Positions 35,085 through 44,699 of a stretch of 64,000 nt of DNA are shown here, piece after piece. The translations under genes and the position numbers were made by a program. Source of the stretch: Rebecca billardiae RCC1528 (lineage: Eukaryota; Protista; Haptophyta); assembly GCA_965240325.2 (NCBI GenBank), contig OZ251224.1, forward strand, positions 4,340,001 through 4,404,000, read 5' to 3'. How positions within the stretch are numbered: position 1 is the stretch's first letter; the number at the start of each line of letters is the position of its first letter. The notes under the pieces are model-generated. The model was not told the DNA's origin. It did not search any database and saw only the letters and a program-made list of their open reading frames with translations.

Positions 35085-36146
35085 TCAGGCTGCGGCGGCG
35101 GCGAGGAAGGGCACGATGGCGTCCTGCACGGCTGGCGCGGTCTCGGGGTCCAGGTGCGCGTAGTGGGAGCCCGCCTCCAGCTCGTGCACCCGCAGCAGCC
35201 CCTCGCGCATCGCGCGCGTGCGCCGGCTGAAGCCGGGCTCAGGCGTTGGCCAGCCGTGCGGCGCCTGCAGCAGCAGCGTGGGGCACGCGATCGAGTGCAG
35301 CACGCCGAGGACCTGCGCCTCGTGCCACGTGTGCGCGCTGGGGTGCGCGAGGCGGCGGTCGTGCGAGAAGCGCAGCAGCGGCGCCTCGTCCGAGCCGCCG
35401 CCGCCGCCGCGGGCGCCATCGGCCGCGCCGCCGCCGCGCGCGCCGCCCGCCTCCGCAGCGGGCACGTGCTCCGTGCCGCGCGACGCGAGCAGGCGCGCCG
35501 CCTCGAGCGAGAGGAACTGCTCGCCCGGGAGGCGCTTGGCGCCGTTGACGCGCACCGCCGCCGCGTCGTCGAGCGTCGCGTACAGTCTTTCGCGCCCGCG
35601 CTCGCCGGTGCACGCCGCGTGCCGCTTGCGCAGCGCGTCCGCCAGGTTGGGCGCAAACGTGCCGGGCGCGCGCGAGAGCGGCCCGAAGCCCTCGACGAGG
35701 GCGAGGCGGCGGACGTGCTCGGGGAACGCGGCGGCGAGGAGGCACGCGACGCCGCCGCCCATCGAGTGCCCCAGCAGCGCGTACCCGCCCTCGCGCTCGT
35801 CCGCCCAGCCGAGCGCGTGCGCCGCCTCATACGCGGCCCACGCGTGCTCCGTCTGCGAGTACGCGGCGCTGAGGGGCGCGTGGGGCGAGCGGCCGTGGCC
35901 GGGGAGGTCGAGCGCGACGACGCGGCAGCTCGGCGAGAGCGCCGGCGCGAGCGCGCTCCACGTCGCCGCGTTGTCCATCCAGCCATGCAGCGCGAGCACG
36001 CGCACGGGCGCGTGCGCGTCGCCCCACGCGAGCGCGGCGAGGCGGGCGCCGGAGCGGCACGCGAGGGTGAGCTCCTCGGCGTGCGAGGCGGCCATCTGCG
36101 CGCTCGCCGCGACGCCCAGCAGGCTCAGCAAGCGCCTCCCCAGCAT
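35085..36146 (-). CDS. Alpha/beta hydrolase (serine hydrolase-like)
   Basis: LHGWMDNA, DLPGHGRS, GHSMGG nucleophile elbow, GSHYAHLD catalytic His. Confidence 0.92.
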   Translation of the reverse strand: MLGRRLLSLLGVAASAQMAASHAEELTLACRSGARLAALAWGDAHAPVRVLALHGWMDNAATWSALAPALSPSCRVVALDLPGHGRSPHAPLSAAYSQTEHAWAAYEAAHALGWADEREGGYALLGHSMGGGVACLLAAAFPEHVRRLALVEGFGPLSRAPGTFAPNLADALRKRHAACTGERGRERLYATLDDAAAVRVNGAKRLPGEQFLSLEAARLLASRGTEHVPAAEAGGARGGGAADGARGGGGGSDEAPLLRFSHDRRLAHPSAHTWHEAQVLGVLHSIACPTLLLQAPHGWPTPEPGFSRRTRAMREGLLRVHELEAGSHYAHLDPETAPAVQDAIVPFLAAAAA

Positions 36147-36180
36147 TCGCGCGTCCTAGACCGAGTGATGGTCGAGGATA

Positions 36181-38166
36181 ATGATCGCCGCCGCGCTGCC
36201 GGCCGGCACAGACGACGCCGCTCGGAGCCTCGACGGCGGGACGGACTCGAGCGCAGTCCGGTTGGGCGCCCCGGGCCACGTCGTGGGACACATGGCGGCG
36301 CGCCGCGCGCCGCTGCTCTCGCCGCTCTCGCCGCCGCCGGCGGTGCTGGTCGCGATGTTCCTCGTCGCGACGTCTGCGCTCGCCGCGGCGGCGACGATCA
36401 GGCGCACGGCGAGCCGCCCCGCGCGGCGCGCGCTCTCGTGCTGCGCCGCCGGCGCGCGCGCGCCCGCGGCGGCCGGCTCGGCCTCCGCCTCGGCCGCGCT
36501 GCTCGCGCACGTCGAGCGGCGGATCGGCGCCGCGCTGGCCGAGGCTGGCGAGGGGCTCGGCCCCACGCCGCCCTCGCCGACGCTCGCGCCCACCATCACG
36601 ACCCACCTCCACGACCTCGCCGCGCGCCTCCACGCCGCCGCCGCGCCGGGTGCGGCCGTCCCCGCCGCCGAGCCGATCGCCGACGCCGCGCTCGTGAACC
36701 GGCGGCTGAGCGACCTGTGCGAGCTGATGTGCGGCGTGCTCGGCACGAGCAGCGCGGAGGAGCTGCGCCCGCTCCTCCAGCCCGCCAGCCGCGGCGGCCC
36801 CCCCGAGGAGCGCGTGCGCGCGCTCGTCGCCCAGCTCGCGCGCGCGCAGGCGGCGCGGCGCGCGCAGTCCGTGCGCATGTACGCGACGATAGCGGGGCAG
36901 CACCACGCGCTGCGGGAGTCGTGCGCGGCGGGCGGCGGCTCGGAGCGCGGCGCGCCGCCGCCGCCCGCCGGCGGCGCGGCGTGGGCCGCCGCCGTCGAGC
37001 AGCCCGGCGCGCTCCGCTCGTACGCGGCCGCGGCCACGCAGATGGGCGAGCGGCCGTGGGTGCAGGCGGGGCTGCGCTGGTGCGCGCGCACGGCGCAGGG
37101 GTTCTTCTTCGAGGGCGGCTGGCTCAAGGCGGCGCGCCGGCCGCACCGGGCGCCCGCGTGGGCCGCGCAGCCGCGCGAGTACCCGCCCGAGACGCGCGCG
37201 TGCTTCGACGCGCGCATCGCCGCCGCGCCGAGCGTGCCGGCCGAGCCGCAGCCGGCAGCGGCGCCGGCCGGCGGCGGCGGCGGCGCGCCGGGCGCGCTGC
37301 CTGGCTGGCCGCGTGCGCGCCGCCGGCTGCGGCTGTGCGACGTGGGCTCGTGCTACAACCCGTTCGGCGCGGCGGAGTACGCGCAGCGCTTCGACGTGTG
37401 CGCGCTCGACCTCTGGCCCGGCGCGGCCGACGTGCTCCGCTGCGACTTCTTGACCGTGCCCATCGAGGCGGCGCCGGTCGAGGCGGCGCCCATGGGGCCT
37501 GGGCGGCCGGTCGGGGCGGCCGCGCCGCGCGCCGCCGACGCGCGGCCCGCGGCGCGCGGGGCGGGCGCGGGCGCGGAGGCCGATGCTGCGCGCGGCGCCG
37601 CGGGGCGGGGCATGGTGCTGCGCGAGGAGGCGTACACCGCGCCGGACGGCACGCCGATGCGCGCGGCGGGCGCGCTGCGCGCGCACAGCGCGGACGTGCT
37701 CGTGCTCAGCCTGGTGCTCTCCTACCTGCCCACAGCGCAGCAGCGCGCACTCGCGGTGCAGCAGGCGCGCAAGCTGCTGCGCGCGCCGAGCGCGGACTCG
37801 CCGCACGAGGCCGGGCTGCTGCTGATCGTGGACGCGGGCTCGATCTCGCGGCCCGCGTCGCTCTCGAAGGCGGCGCGGCCGGACGACGCGCTCCCGCGCT
37901 GGCTGGGCGCCATCGAGGCGGCGGGCTTCCGGCTCGTCCGGTACGAGGAGGTGGGCGGGCCGGGCCGCGCGCACGCGCTCGCCTTCCAGACGACGCCGCT
38001 GCCCGCCGGCGCACAGCCGGCGCTCGTGCCGATGCCCGTGCGCAAGGAGCTGCTCGGTGAGGCGGGGGCGGCCGAGCCGCGCGTGGCCGACCGCTGGGCG
38101 GCCGTGCGCGACGTCGCCGAGCTCGCCGTGGCCGCCTCCGACGTTGATCATCCTCAAGGAGGCTGA
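36181..38166 (+). CDS. SAMTOR/BMT2-family SAM-binding methyltransferase-fold protein (start could be 36292)
   Basis: RLCDVGSCYNPF, LDLWP...VLRCDFL, VLSLVLSYLP...QR, GLLLIV, W..AIEAAGF motifs. Confidence 0.8.
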   Translation: MIAAALPAGTDDAARSLDGGTDSSAVRLGAPGHVVGHMAARRAPLLSPLSPPPAVLVAMFLVATSALAAAATIRRTASRPARRALSCCAAGARAPAAAGSASASAALLAHVERRIGAALAEAGEGLGPTPPSPTLAPTITTHLHDLAARLHAAAAPGAAVPAAEPIADAALVNRRLSDLCELMCGVLGTSSAEELRPLLQPASRGGPPEERVRALVAQLARAQAARRAQSVRMYATIAGQHHALRESCAAGGGSERGAPPPPAGGAAWAAAVEQPGALRSYAAAATQMGERPWVQAGLRWCARTAQGFFFEGGWLKAARRPHRAPAWAAQPREYPPETRACFDARIAAAPSVPAEPQPAAAPAGGGGGAPGALPGWPRARRRLRLCDVGSCYNPFGAAEYAQRFDVCALDLWPGAADVLRCDFLTVPIEAAPVEAAPMGPGRPVGAAAPRAADARPAARGAGAGAEADAARGAAGRGMVLREEAYTAPDGTPMRAAGALRAHSADVLVLSLVLSYLPTAQQRALAVQQARKLLRAPSADSPHEAGLLLIVDAGSISRPASLSKAARPDDALPRWLGAIEAAGFRLVRYEEVGGPGRAHALAFQTTPLPAGAQPALVPMPVRKELLGEAGAAEPRVADRWAAVRDVAELAVAASDVDHPQGG

Positions 38167-38703
38167 TGAGTCACTTGACCGTCGGGATGGGAGTGTGAAG
38201 TGAGCAAGGTCAGTCAGGCGGGAGAGGTCATCGGAGTAATCGGAGTAAGATTGGGCCAAATTCCGCAACCGTAGATTTCAGTCCGTCGTCGAGGCAAATG
38301 CGAGTTGTGGGTAAAGTGAAGGCGTACTCGATGGTTGTCATTATCTCATCAAACCGCTTCGGGTCAACGTCAATATGATCGAGGTATACTACAAGGGGAG
38401 AGCCAGATCTAACTTGAGAGAACAAGAGAAGGCGGGAGAAGGACGAGTTCGTCCAATTAGGCTTGCCTAAAAAGATCATCATACTATACGCTCCTAAGTA
38501 GACCCCCCAGGCCGGTACGGAGATGCCAATCTCCCGCGTTCCCGAGCGCTTTCCGCCGACTGAACTCGCGAAGCCGTCAGGAAGTCACTCCATCTCCCGA
38601 GCGGGGGCCCGAGCGTCGACGACTGGGGTGAGAAGACGAACGAGGGCCGCAGACGCCAAACGCGGCTTTCCCTCGCGGATCTGGCGTCCACCCGCCGGGC
38701 GCC

Positions 38704-40851
38704 ACGGGGCCCAACCAGGGGGCCTCGAACGCCCCCCTAGGCGACACCGGGGGGGCGTACACGCCGACTCCTCTCCCCGCAGCGCCGCCAGCCGCGTCGC
38801 GTCGTGCCGGCGCCGCGTTCAGCAGCGGCGCCGCGCCGGCGCGTGCAGTCGCCTACCCGTCCTACGCGGCCGCCGCCTCGGCCGCCGAGCCCGCCGCGCC
38901 CTCCGCCGCGGCGGAGGGCCACGCGCGGCTGAGCAAAGGGCAGAAGAAGAACCTGCGCAAGAAGAAGCAGCGGCTCGCCCTGCAGGAGGCCGAGGCCAAG
39001 CTCCTCCTGCAGCAGCACGCGAACGCGGCGCTCACGGCCGAGCAGCGCTCGCTCACCGCGCAGATTGTGAGCGCGGCGGCCGCGGCGAATGGCGGGTACG
39101 CCGCGTACAACCCGATGGTCGCGGCGGCGACCGCCGCCGCGGCCGCCGCGCTCGGCATGCAGGGCCTGCCGCCCCAGCAGCCCTGTTACCCGTACGGCGC
39201 GCTGCCGCCGTACGGCGCAGTGCCGCAGCCGCAGCCGCCGCTGCCGCTGCACTCGATGGCGCAGGGCGGCAGTGCCGCGCAGTACGCGCACGCGCACCTG
39301 CCGCCGGCGCATCAGCAGCAGCCGCAGCAGCCGCAGCAGCACGCCAGCTTCGTCGTCCTCGCGCTCGGCCCCGAGCTCGGCGCCGAGGCCGCCGACGCCG
39401 AGCTCGCGTCCGTGCTCGTGGACGGCCCCTCGCTGCAGCCGCTGGCGCACTTCCACGCGCGCGTGGCGCCGAGCGCGGCGGCGCGGCGCGAGGGCGAGGG
39501 CGTGGTGTCGCTGCCCACCGCGCTCGCGCGCTGGGAGCAGTGGCTCGTCGCGCTCGGCGTGCACGCGGGCGGCGCGCGCGCGCGCTGCGTGGCGGTGTGC
39601 CGTGTGGATGCGGAGCTGAGCACGCAGCTGCCGCGCGCGTGCGCGCGCGCGGCCGTGCTCGTGCCGCCGCTGCTCTCGAGCTGGGTGGCGGTTGTGAGCG
39701 CGTTCGTCCGCGCGTACGGCTGGCCGGTGGGCGCCCCCATCGGCGCGCCGCCCGCCTTCGAGCAGGTCGCCGCCGCCGCCGGCGTCGCCGTGCCCGCGGG
39801 CGCGCTCGCGCAGGCGTACGCTGCGTGGGCGGTGCTGCGGCAGCTGCTGGCGGACGGCGCGGCGCTGCAGCCCAGCGGGTTTGCTGCTGCGCACGCGCAC
39901 GGGCGGCATGCGGGCGCGCAGGGGCCGCCGCCGCCGCACAAGACGAGCGCCATGCCCGCCGCCACGACGAGCGCGCTGCCCTCGCCGCCAGCGCAGCGCG
40001 CGGCGCCCTCGCCCTCGCCCTCGCCGCCGCAGCCGCAGCCGCAGCCGCTGCCGTGGCTGTCGGCGCAGCAGCTCGGCTCGAGCGGCCTCGGCGCTGACGG
40101 CCTGGGCGCGTGCGGCAGCGCGGCGCAGGCGTACGGTGGAGGCGCGACGACGGGCGTGCAGCCCGCGCCCACCTACGCCTGCGCAGGCGGCGCGCCGCCG
40201 CGCCTGCCGCCGGGCAACGGCCGCGCCGCCGCCGGCTCCCACCAGGCGGCGGCAGCGCCCGCGCTCTCGGCAAGGCCCACGCCCGCGGCCGCGCCCGGCG
40301 GCAGAGTGCCGCACAGCGGGGCGCCGCCGAGCTCGCAGTGGGAGCCGGACGCGTTCCTGATGCTGGGGCTGCAAGGTGCGCCGCCCGCCCCGCGCGCGCG
40401 CGCCGCCCGCCCCGCGCGCTCGCACCGCTCACTCAAGGCTTTGCTGCCGCGCGCGCGGACCGCCCTCGCGCAGGCCTGAGCCTGGGCATGGGCCACCCGG
40501 GGCTGGCGGGGGTGAGCGTCGCGCGGCCGAGCAGCGGGCAGCGCGCACTGCCCTCCGCGCTCAGCCTCGACTCCGGCCTCGGCGCCCGCCGGCGGGGCGC
40601 GTGCTCCCCCGCGTGCTGCTCCCCCGCGTGCGCGTGCGAGGAGGGCGGGGGCGAGGACGAGTGCGTCGAGTGCGCTGGCCTCGACCAGCTCGTGCTGCCC
40701 GTGCTCAACGACGTGTGCGCGTGCGTGCGCGCGCGCGCGCGCCGCCGCGCGGCCAGACGCGGCGGCCGCTGCTGAGCCGCACGTGCGCCCCGCCCTCCGC
40801 CGCGCGCAGGTGCTGCCGCCCGAGGACGAGATCCTGCCGCTCACGCGCTGA
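38704..40851 (+). CDS. Low-complexity protein with degenerate ERI1-like exonuclease fold; start uncertain; introns about 40376-40473 and 40713-40809
   Basis: Frame is open from 38632 with coding-like codons (SKGQKKNLRKKKQR). ELASVLVD...FHARV, LARWEQWL, L..QLPRAC, W...F...Y resemble the ERI1 DEDDh scaffold. Last exon VLPPEDEILPLTR*. Confidence 0.6.
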
Positions 40852-42021
40852 GGGCGCGCTGAGGGCACGCCCAGCCGCGCCCCGCGCGGGGGGGCGGAGC
40901 CGTGCCGAGCCCTGCGCGCTCTGGGGCGGGCCGCGCGCGCCGAGGCCGCAGCGCTGGACATGGGCCGCCGGCGCCTCGCCTGTGCCACGGCTAGGCGGCG
41001 CGCGCTGCCACCCGCGCCCAGGCCGCCCAGCCGCGGGCAGGCTGGGCGCGTGTGCGCGCGCGTGCTGCTGTGTTGGCGGCAGGGTGCGGCGCCATGTGCC
41101 GCATGCAATTTAGGTCGGGCGAGCTGGTGGCGCCGGGGGAGGCGGCCCTCCCCTCAGCCTCAGCCTCGCCATGCCACTCTGTTCCATCTCCGTTTTGCTT
41201 CGAAATGGCTTCATCTGCTTCTCTGCACCTCCGCAGCTCCCCAGCTCCGCAGCTCGAGCTCGGCCGGGCGCCGCCACGCCACGCGGCTGCTCGTCGTCGA
41301 CCGGAGCGGCGATGCTGCCCGCCGACTCGGCTCCTGCGGAAACCCAGCCCGCTGCGGGGCCCACGGCACCTGTGGGCATGTCGCCCATCGGCATCGATCC
41401 GCGCGCGGACCGGCCGGACGGCTCGGGGCCCCCGGCCAGGGCCGCAGTGCAAGTCGCACCGCCGGGTGGCCGCGAGGGCAGTGGCTCCGAGCGCGAGTCG
41501 CGGAGAGTACGTCGCCAGCGCGCAGGACCCAGCACTTAGGTTAGGTCATAGTTCTAGAGTTGCGACGCGTGCTACATCCTGCGCGGACTGCCGCTGCTGT
41601 CATGGTCCCACCGCTTACGCCTACAGACAGAGTACAAACATTAACACGGTGATCGCGTCACCGGACGTCGCACAATTATTAGCAGTTACTAGATAACTAG
41701 TCTTAATCAGGATCCGGGGTGATGAGATTGCGCCGCGAGGCGGCCGCAGCCCTCATCCAGGCCTCGCAGGCGGACGGCTGAACGAATTTTTCCGGCGGCG
41801 CTACCATCGGCGACGGCTTCATGGGCGGTGACAGTTGGCGGGCGTCAATCTCGCCTGCCTGAGCTGTGTGCGTCTCTTATTCTTAGTAAACTGTAGTTGT
41901 CGTCACGGTCACGGATGTTCACCCAGCAGTCGTTCAGCTCACTTCAGCATCAGTCTTCGAGAGAATTCGTCTTGCGCGCAACCGTCCGCACCGCGCGTCC
42001 GCGCCCATCCTCGCCGCGCCG

Positions 42022-42738
42022 ATGGTCATGCGTCGCAGCCCACTCCTCACTCTGGCAGCGACGGCAGCAGCCATCACGCGCGCGAGCGCGATGGCACAGG
42101 GCAGCTGGGACTTTGGGCGCTTCGTCTCCACGGCGGCGACGTTCAACTCGCCCTTTGCCGCGCTGCAGAGCATGGCGGGCGCGGCTGGCACGCCGCTGCG
42201 GGTCGCAAAGGGCGATGTCGTGTGGTCGCCAACGCAGCAGAACGGCGCGGAGTGGGCCACGCTGGACGACGTGGTCATGGGCGGGCGCAGCGAGAGCCGC
42301 GTGGCGCTCAGCTCGGCGGGCCTGGACTGGGGCGGCCTCGTCACGACCGACGGCGGCGGCGGCTTTGCCGGCATGCGCACCAAGCCCCTGCCGCGCCCGC
42401 TCGACCTGTCCGCGTGCAGCGGCATCGAGCTGAAGGTGCTCGGCGACGGCTTCCGGTACAAGTGCATCTTGCGCGACTCGACCGACTGGAACGGCGTTGC
42501 GTGGACCGTCTCCTTCAACACGAAGAAGTCGCGCGCCGAGACGCGCGTGCGGCTGCCCTTCACGGCGTTCACGCCCACCCGGTTTGCGCGCACGCTGGCT
42601 GACGCGCCGCCGCTCGCGACGGAACGCGTGAGCACGCTGCAGCTCACGCTGTCCAAGTTTGAGTACGACGACGGGCTCAACCCTACGTTCCGAGAGGGGG
42701 AGTTCGGCCTGACGCTGCTCGAGGTGCGAGCATTCTAA
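42022..42738 (+). CDS. CIA30-domain protein with targeting presequence
   Basis: W..LDDVVMGGRSES, GGGFAGMR, GIELKVLGDG.RYK, LPF..F.P..., LSKFEYD..LNP.F.EG.F.L. Confidence 0.9.
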   Translation: MVMRRSPLLTLAATAAAITRASAMAQGSWDFGRFVSTAATFNSPFAALQSMAGAAGTPLRVAKGDVVWSPTQQNGAEWATLDDVVMGGRSESRVALSSAGLDWGGLVTTDGGGGFAGMRTKPLPRPLDLSACSGIELKVLGDGFRYKCILRDSTDWNGVAWTVSFNTKKSRAETRVRLPFTAFTPTRFARTLADAPPLATERVSTLQLTLSKFEYDDGLNPTFREGEFGLTLLEVRAF

Positions 42739-43103
42739 TGACCTGTGACCCGATCGCCGAGCGCGCGCTTAGGAGTTTCCAGTTTCCGGCGAGTCTGAGG
42801 AATCTGGGCCGTGTCATGAGTCATCTACTCCGACTACCGCGACGTCGACTGAGACTGCGTCAAAGGAGTAGCCGCGGCTGAGGGGCGTGGACGTGGAGCG
42901 GCTGCGTATCAACCTCGACCGCCTCGAGGAGCAGGCGCTCATCTGCCCTCATCTGCCGCACGGGCTAAAGTAGCCGGTCCGGTCACCAGTCAACCTGACG
43001 AACCAGACTCGAGTACTCGACAAAGCCGTCCGGACTCACCGACGACGGCCGGTGCAGCGCCGCGGCTTCATCAACGCGCGACACGCGGCGTCATCGAGGC
43101 AGC

Positions 43104-44046
43104 ATGGCAATCGCCCTTCTCCTGCTCTCCACGCATGCGGCCTCGCGCGGCGCCAGCCTGGCGCGCGTGTCGGCGCTGCGCGGCGCCTCGGCGCTGCGCA
43201 TGTCGCTCCCGACGGCCAAGCCCGACGGCGAGCTCGGCACGGAGGAGTTCAAGGTCAACTTCTTCGATGGCTCGAGCCCCAAGTCGCCGTGGCACGACGT
43301 GCCGCTCGAGGCGGGCAACGGGCTGTACAACTTCGTGAACGAGATCCCCAAGTACACGACGGCGAAGATGGAGGTCGACACGAAGGCGCCCAACAACCCG
43401 ATCGTGCAGGACGAGAAGAAGGGCAAGCTCCGCTACTACCACGGCTGCATCTTCTGGAACTACGGCTGCCTGCCTCAGACGTGGGAGGACCCGAACGTGA
43501 AGGGCGCGGACGAGGTGGGCGGCGCGTTCGGCGACAACGACCCGATCGACGTCGTCGAGATCGGGTCGCAGCGTCTCGAGATGGGTGCGCGCGGGGGCGC
43601 GTGCGCTGCCTCGCCCCCGTGGCGCGCGCCGTCTCGTCTCACCGCGCGGCCGGTGGCGCGCCGCTCGCCCGCACGCGCACGCGCTCGCGCGCGCGCGCGC
43701 GCACGCAGGCTCGATCACGCCGGTGAAGCCATTGGGCGTGCTGGCGATGATCGACGACGGCGAGCTCGACTGGAAGGTGATCGCGATCGCCGCCACCGAC
43801 CCGATGGCCTCGGAGCTCAACGACGTCGCCGACCTCGAGGCGAAGATGCCGGGCGTCGTCTCAGGCATCCGCGAGTGGTTCCGGTGGTACAAGACGCCTG
43901 ACGACAAGCCGCTCAACGGCTTCGGCTTCGGCGAGAAGTGCCTCGGCGCGAGCCACGCGAAGGAGGTGATCGCCGAGACGCACGGCTTCTACAAGGCGCT
44001 GCTCGAGGGCAAGACCGACAAGGGCAAGCTGTGGCTGCCCAACTGA
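43104..44046 (+). CDS. Soluble family I inorganic pyrophosphatase, probably plastid-targeted; intron 43585-43708
   Basis: [12 protein letters not shown]...[49 protein letters not shown]; signal-peptide-like MAIALLLLS leader. Confidence 0.95.
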
Positions 44047-44699
44047 GCGCCGGCCCGGCCGGAGTGCGGCCGCGCTCGTGGCTGGCCCGCGGCCGCTGGC
44101 TGCGGCCGGCCGAGCGCGCGCGCGCTGATGAGGCGGCCGGCTGATGAGCCCACCCAGCTGCCGCATCAGCTCTCCATGACCGAGGCTGCCGCGCTACTCC
44201 GCTGCGTCCTGCGCCGCCGACTGCGCACTCTGCACCCATCCGTCAGTGTGAGTGTCACCAACGGCCTGGCCGCGGGCGGCACGGATCTTTATCTGGATTC
44301 TGGGGCCGCTGCGCCCACCGCCGCCGTGGTTAATCCGATATCACCTTCATGGTGGAGACCGTCGTCGATGGGATCGCGCGCGCGGATGAGAAGTGCAAGT
44401 AGTACGTATCGTCCGCAGCTGATGATTGCACCCGTACGATAGCGCAAAGCAGTATCATCCTGCTGCATACGCCTTTAAAAGGATCATGTTGAAACAGTCA
44501 CTCTGCTAAGACTAAGTCGACACTACGACGACGCTGGCCGCTGAGTAATTCTGCGACACTGAAGGACTGCTCACTGCTCACCAGGCGGCGGCGGCGGCGG
44601 CAGGATTTTCTCTCCAGCCAATCGCCGCTGCGCATTCTCTTTCTCACGAACGTCCGGCTCGCCCTCGAGACGCGCGCTCGGCGGGCATCAGCAATCGCG

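Noticed and set aside
38228-38482. 84-aa low-GC ORF
   Set aside because: Short, atypical codon usage, no motif; lies in an intergenic spacer.
40477-40479. TGA as a second selenocysteine codon
   Set aside because: It is explained by the intron 40376-40473 shifting the frame; there is no redox motif context.
41171-41539. 122-aa ORF
   Set aside because: Low-complexity with no domain; cannot be distinguished from UTR or intergenic sequence.
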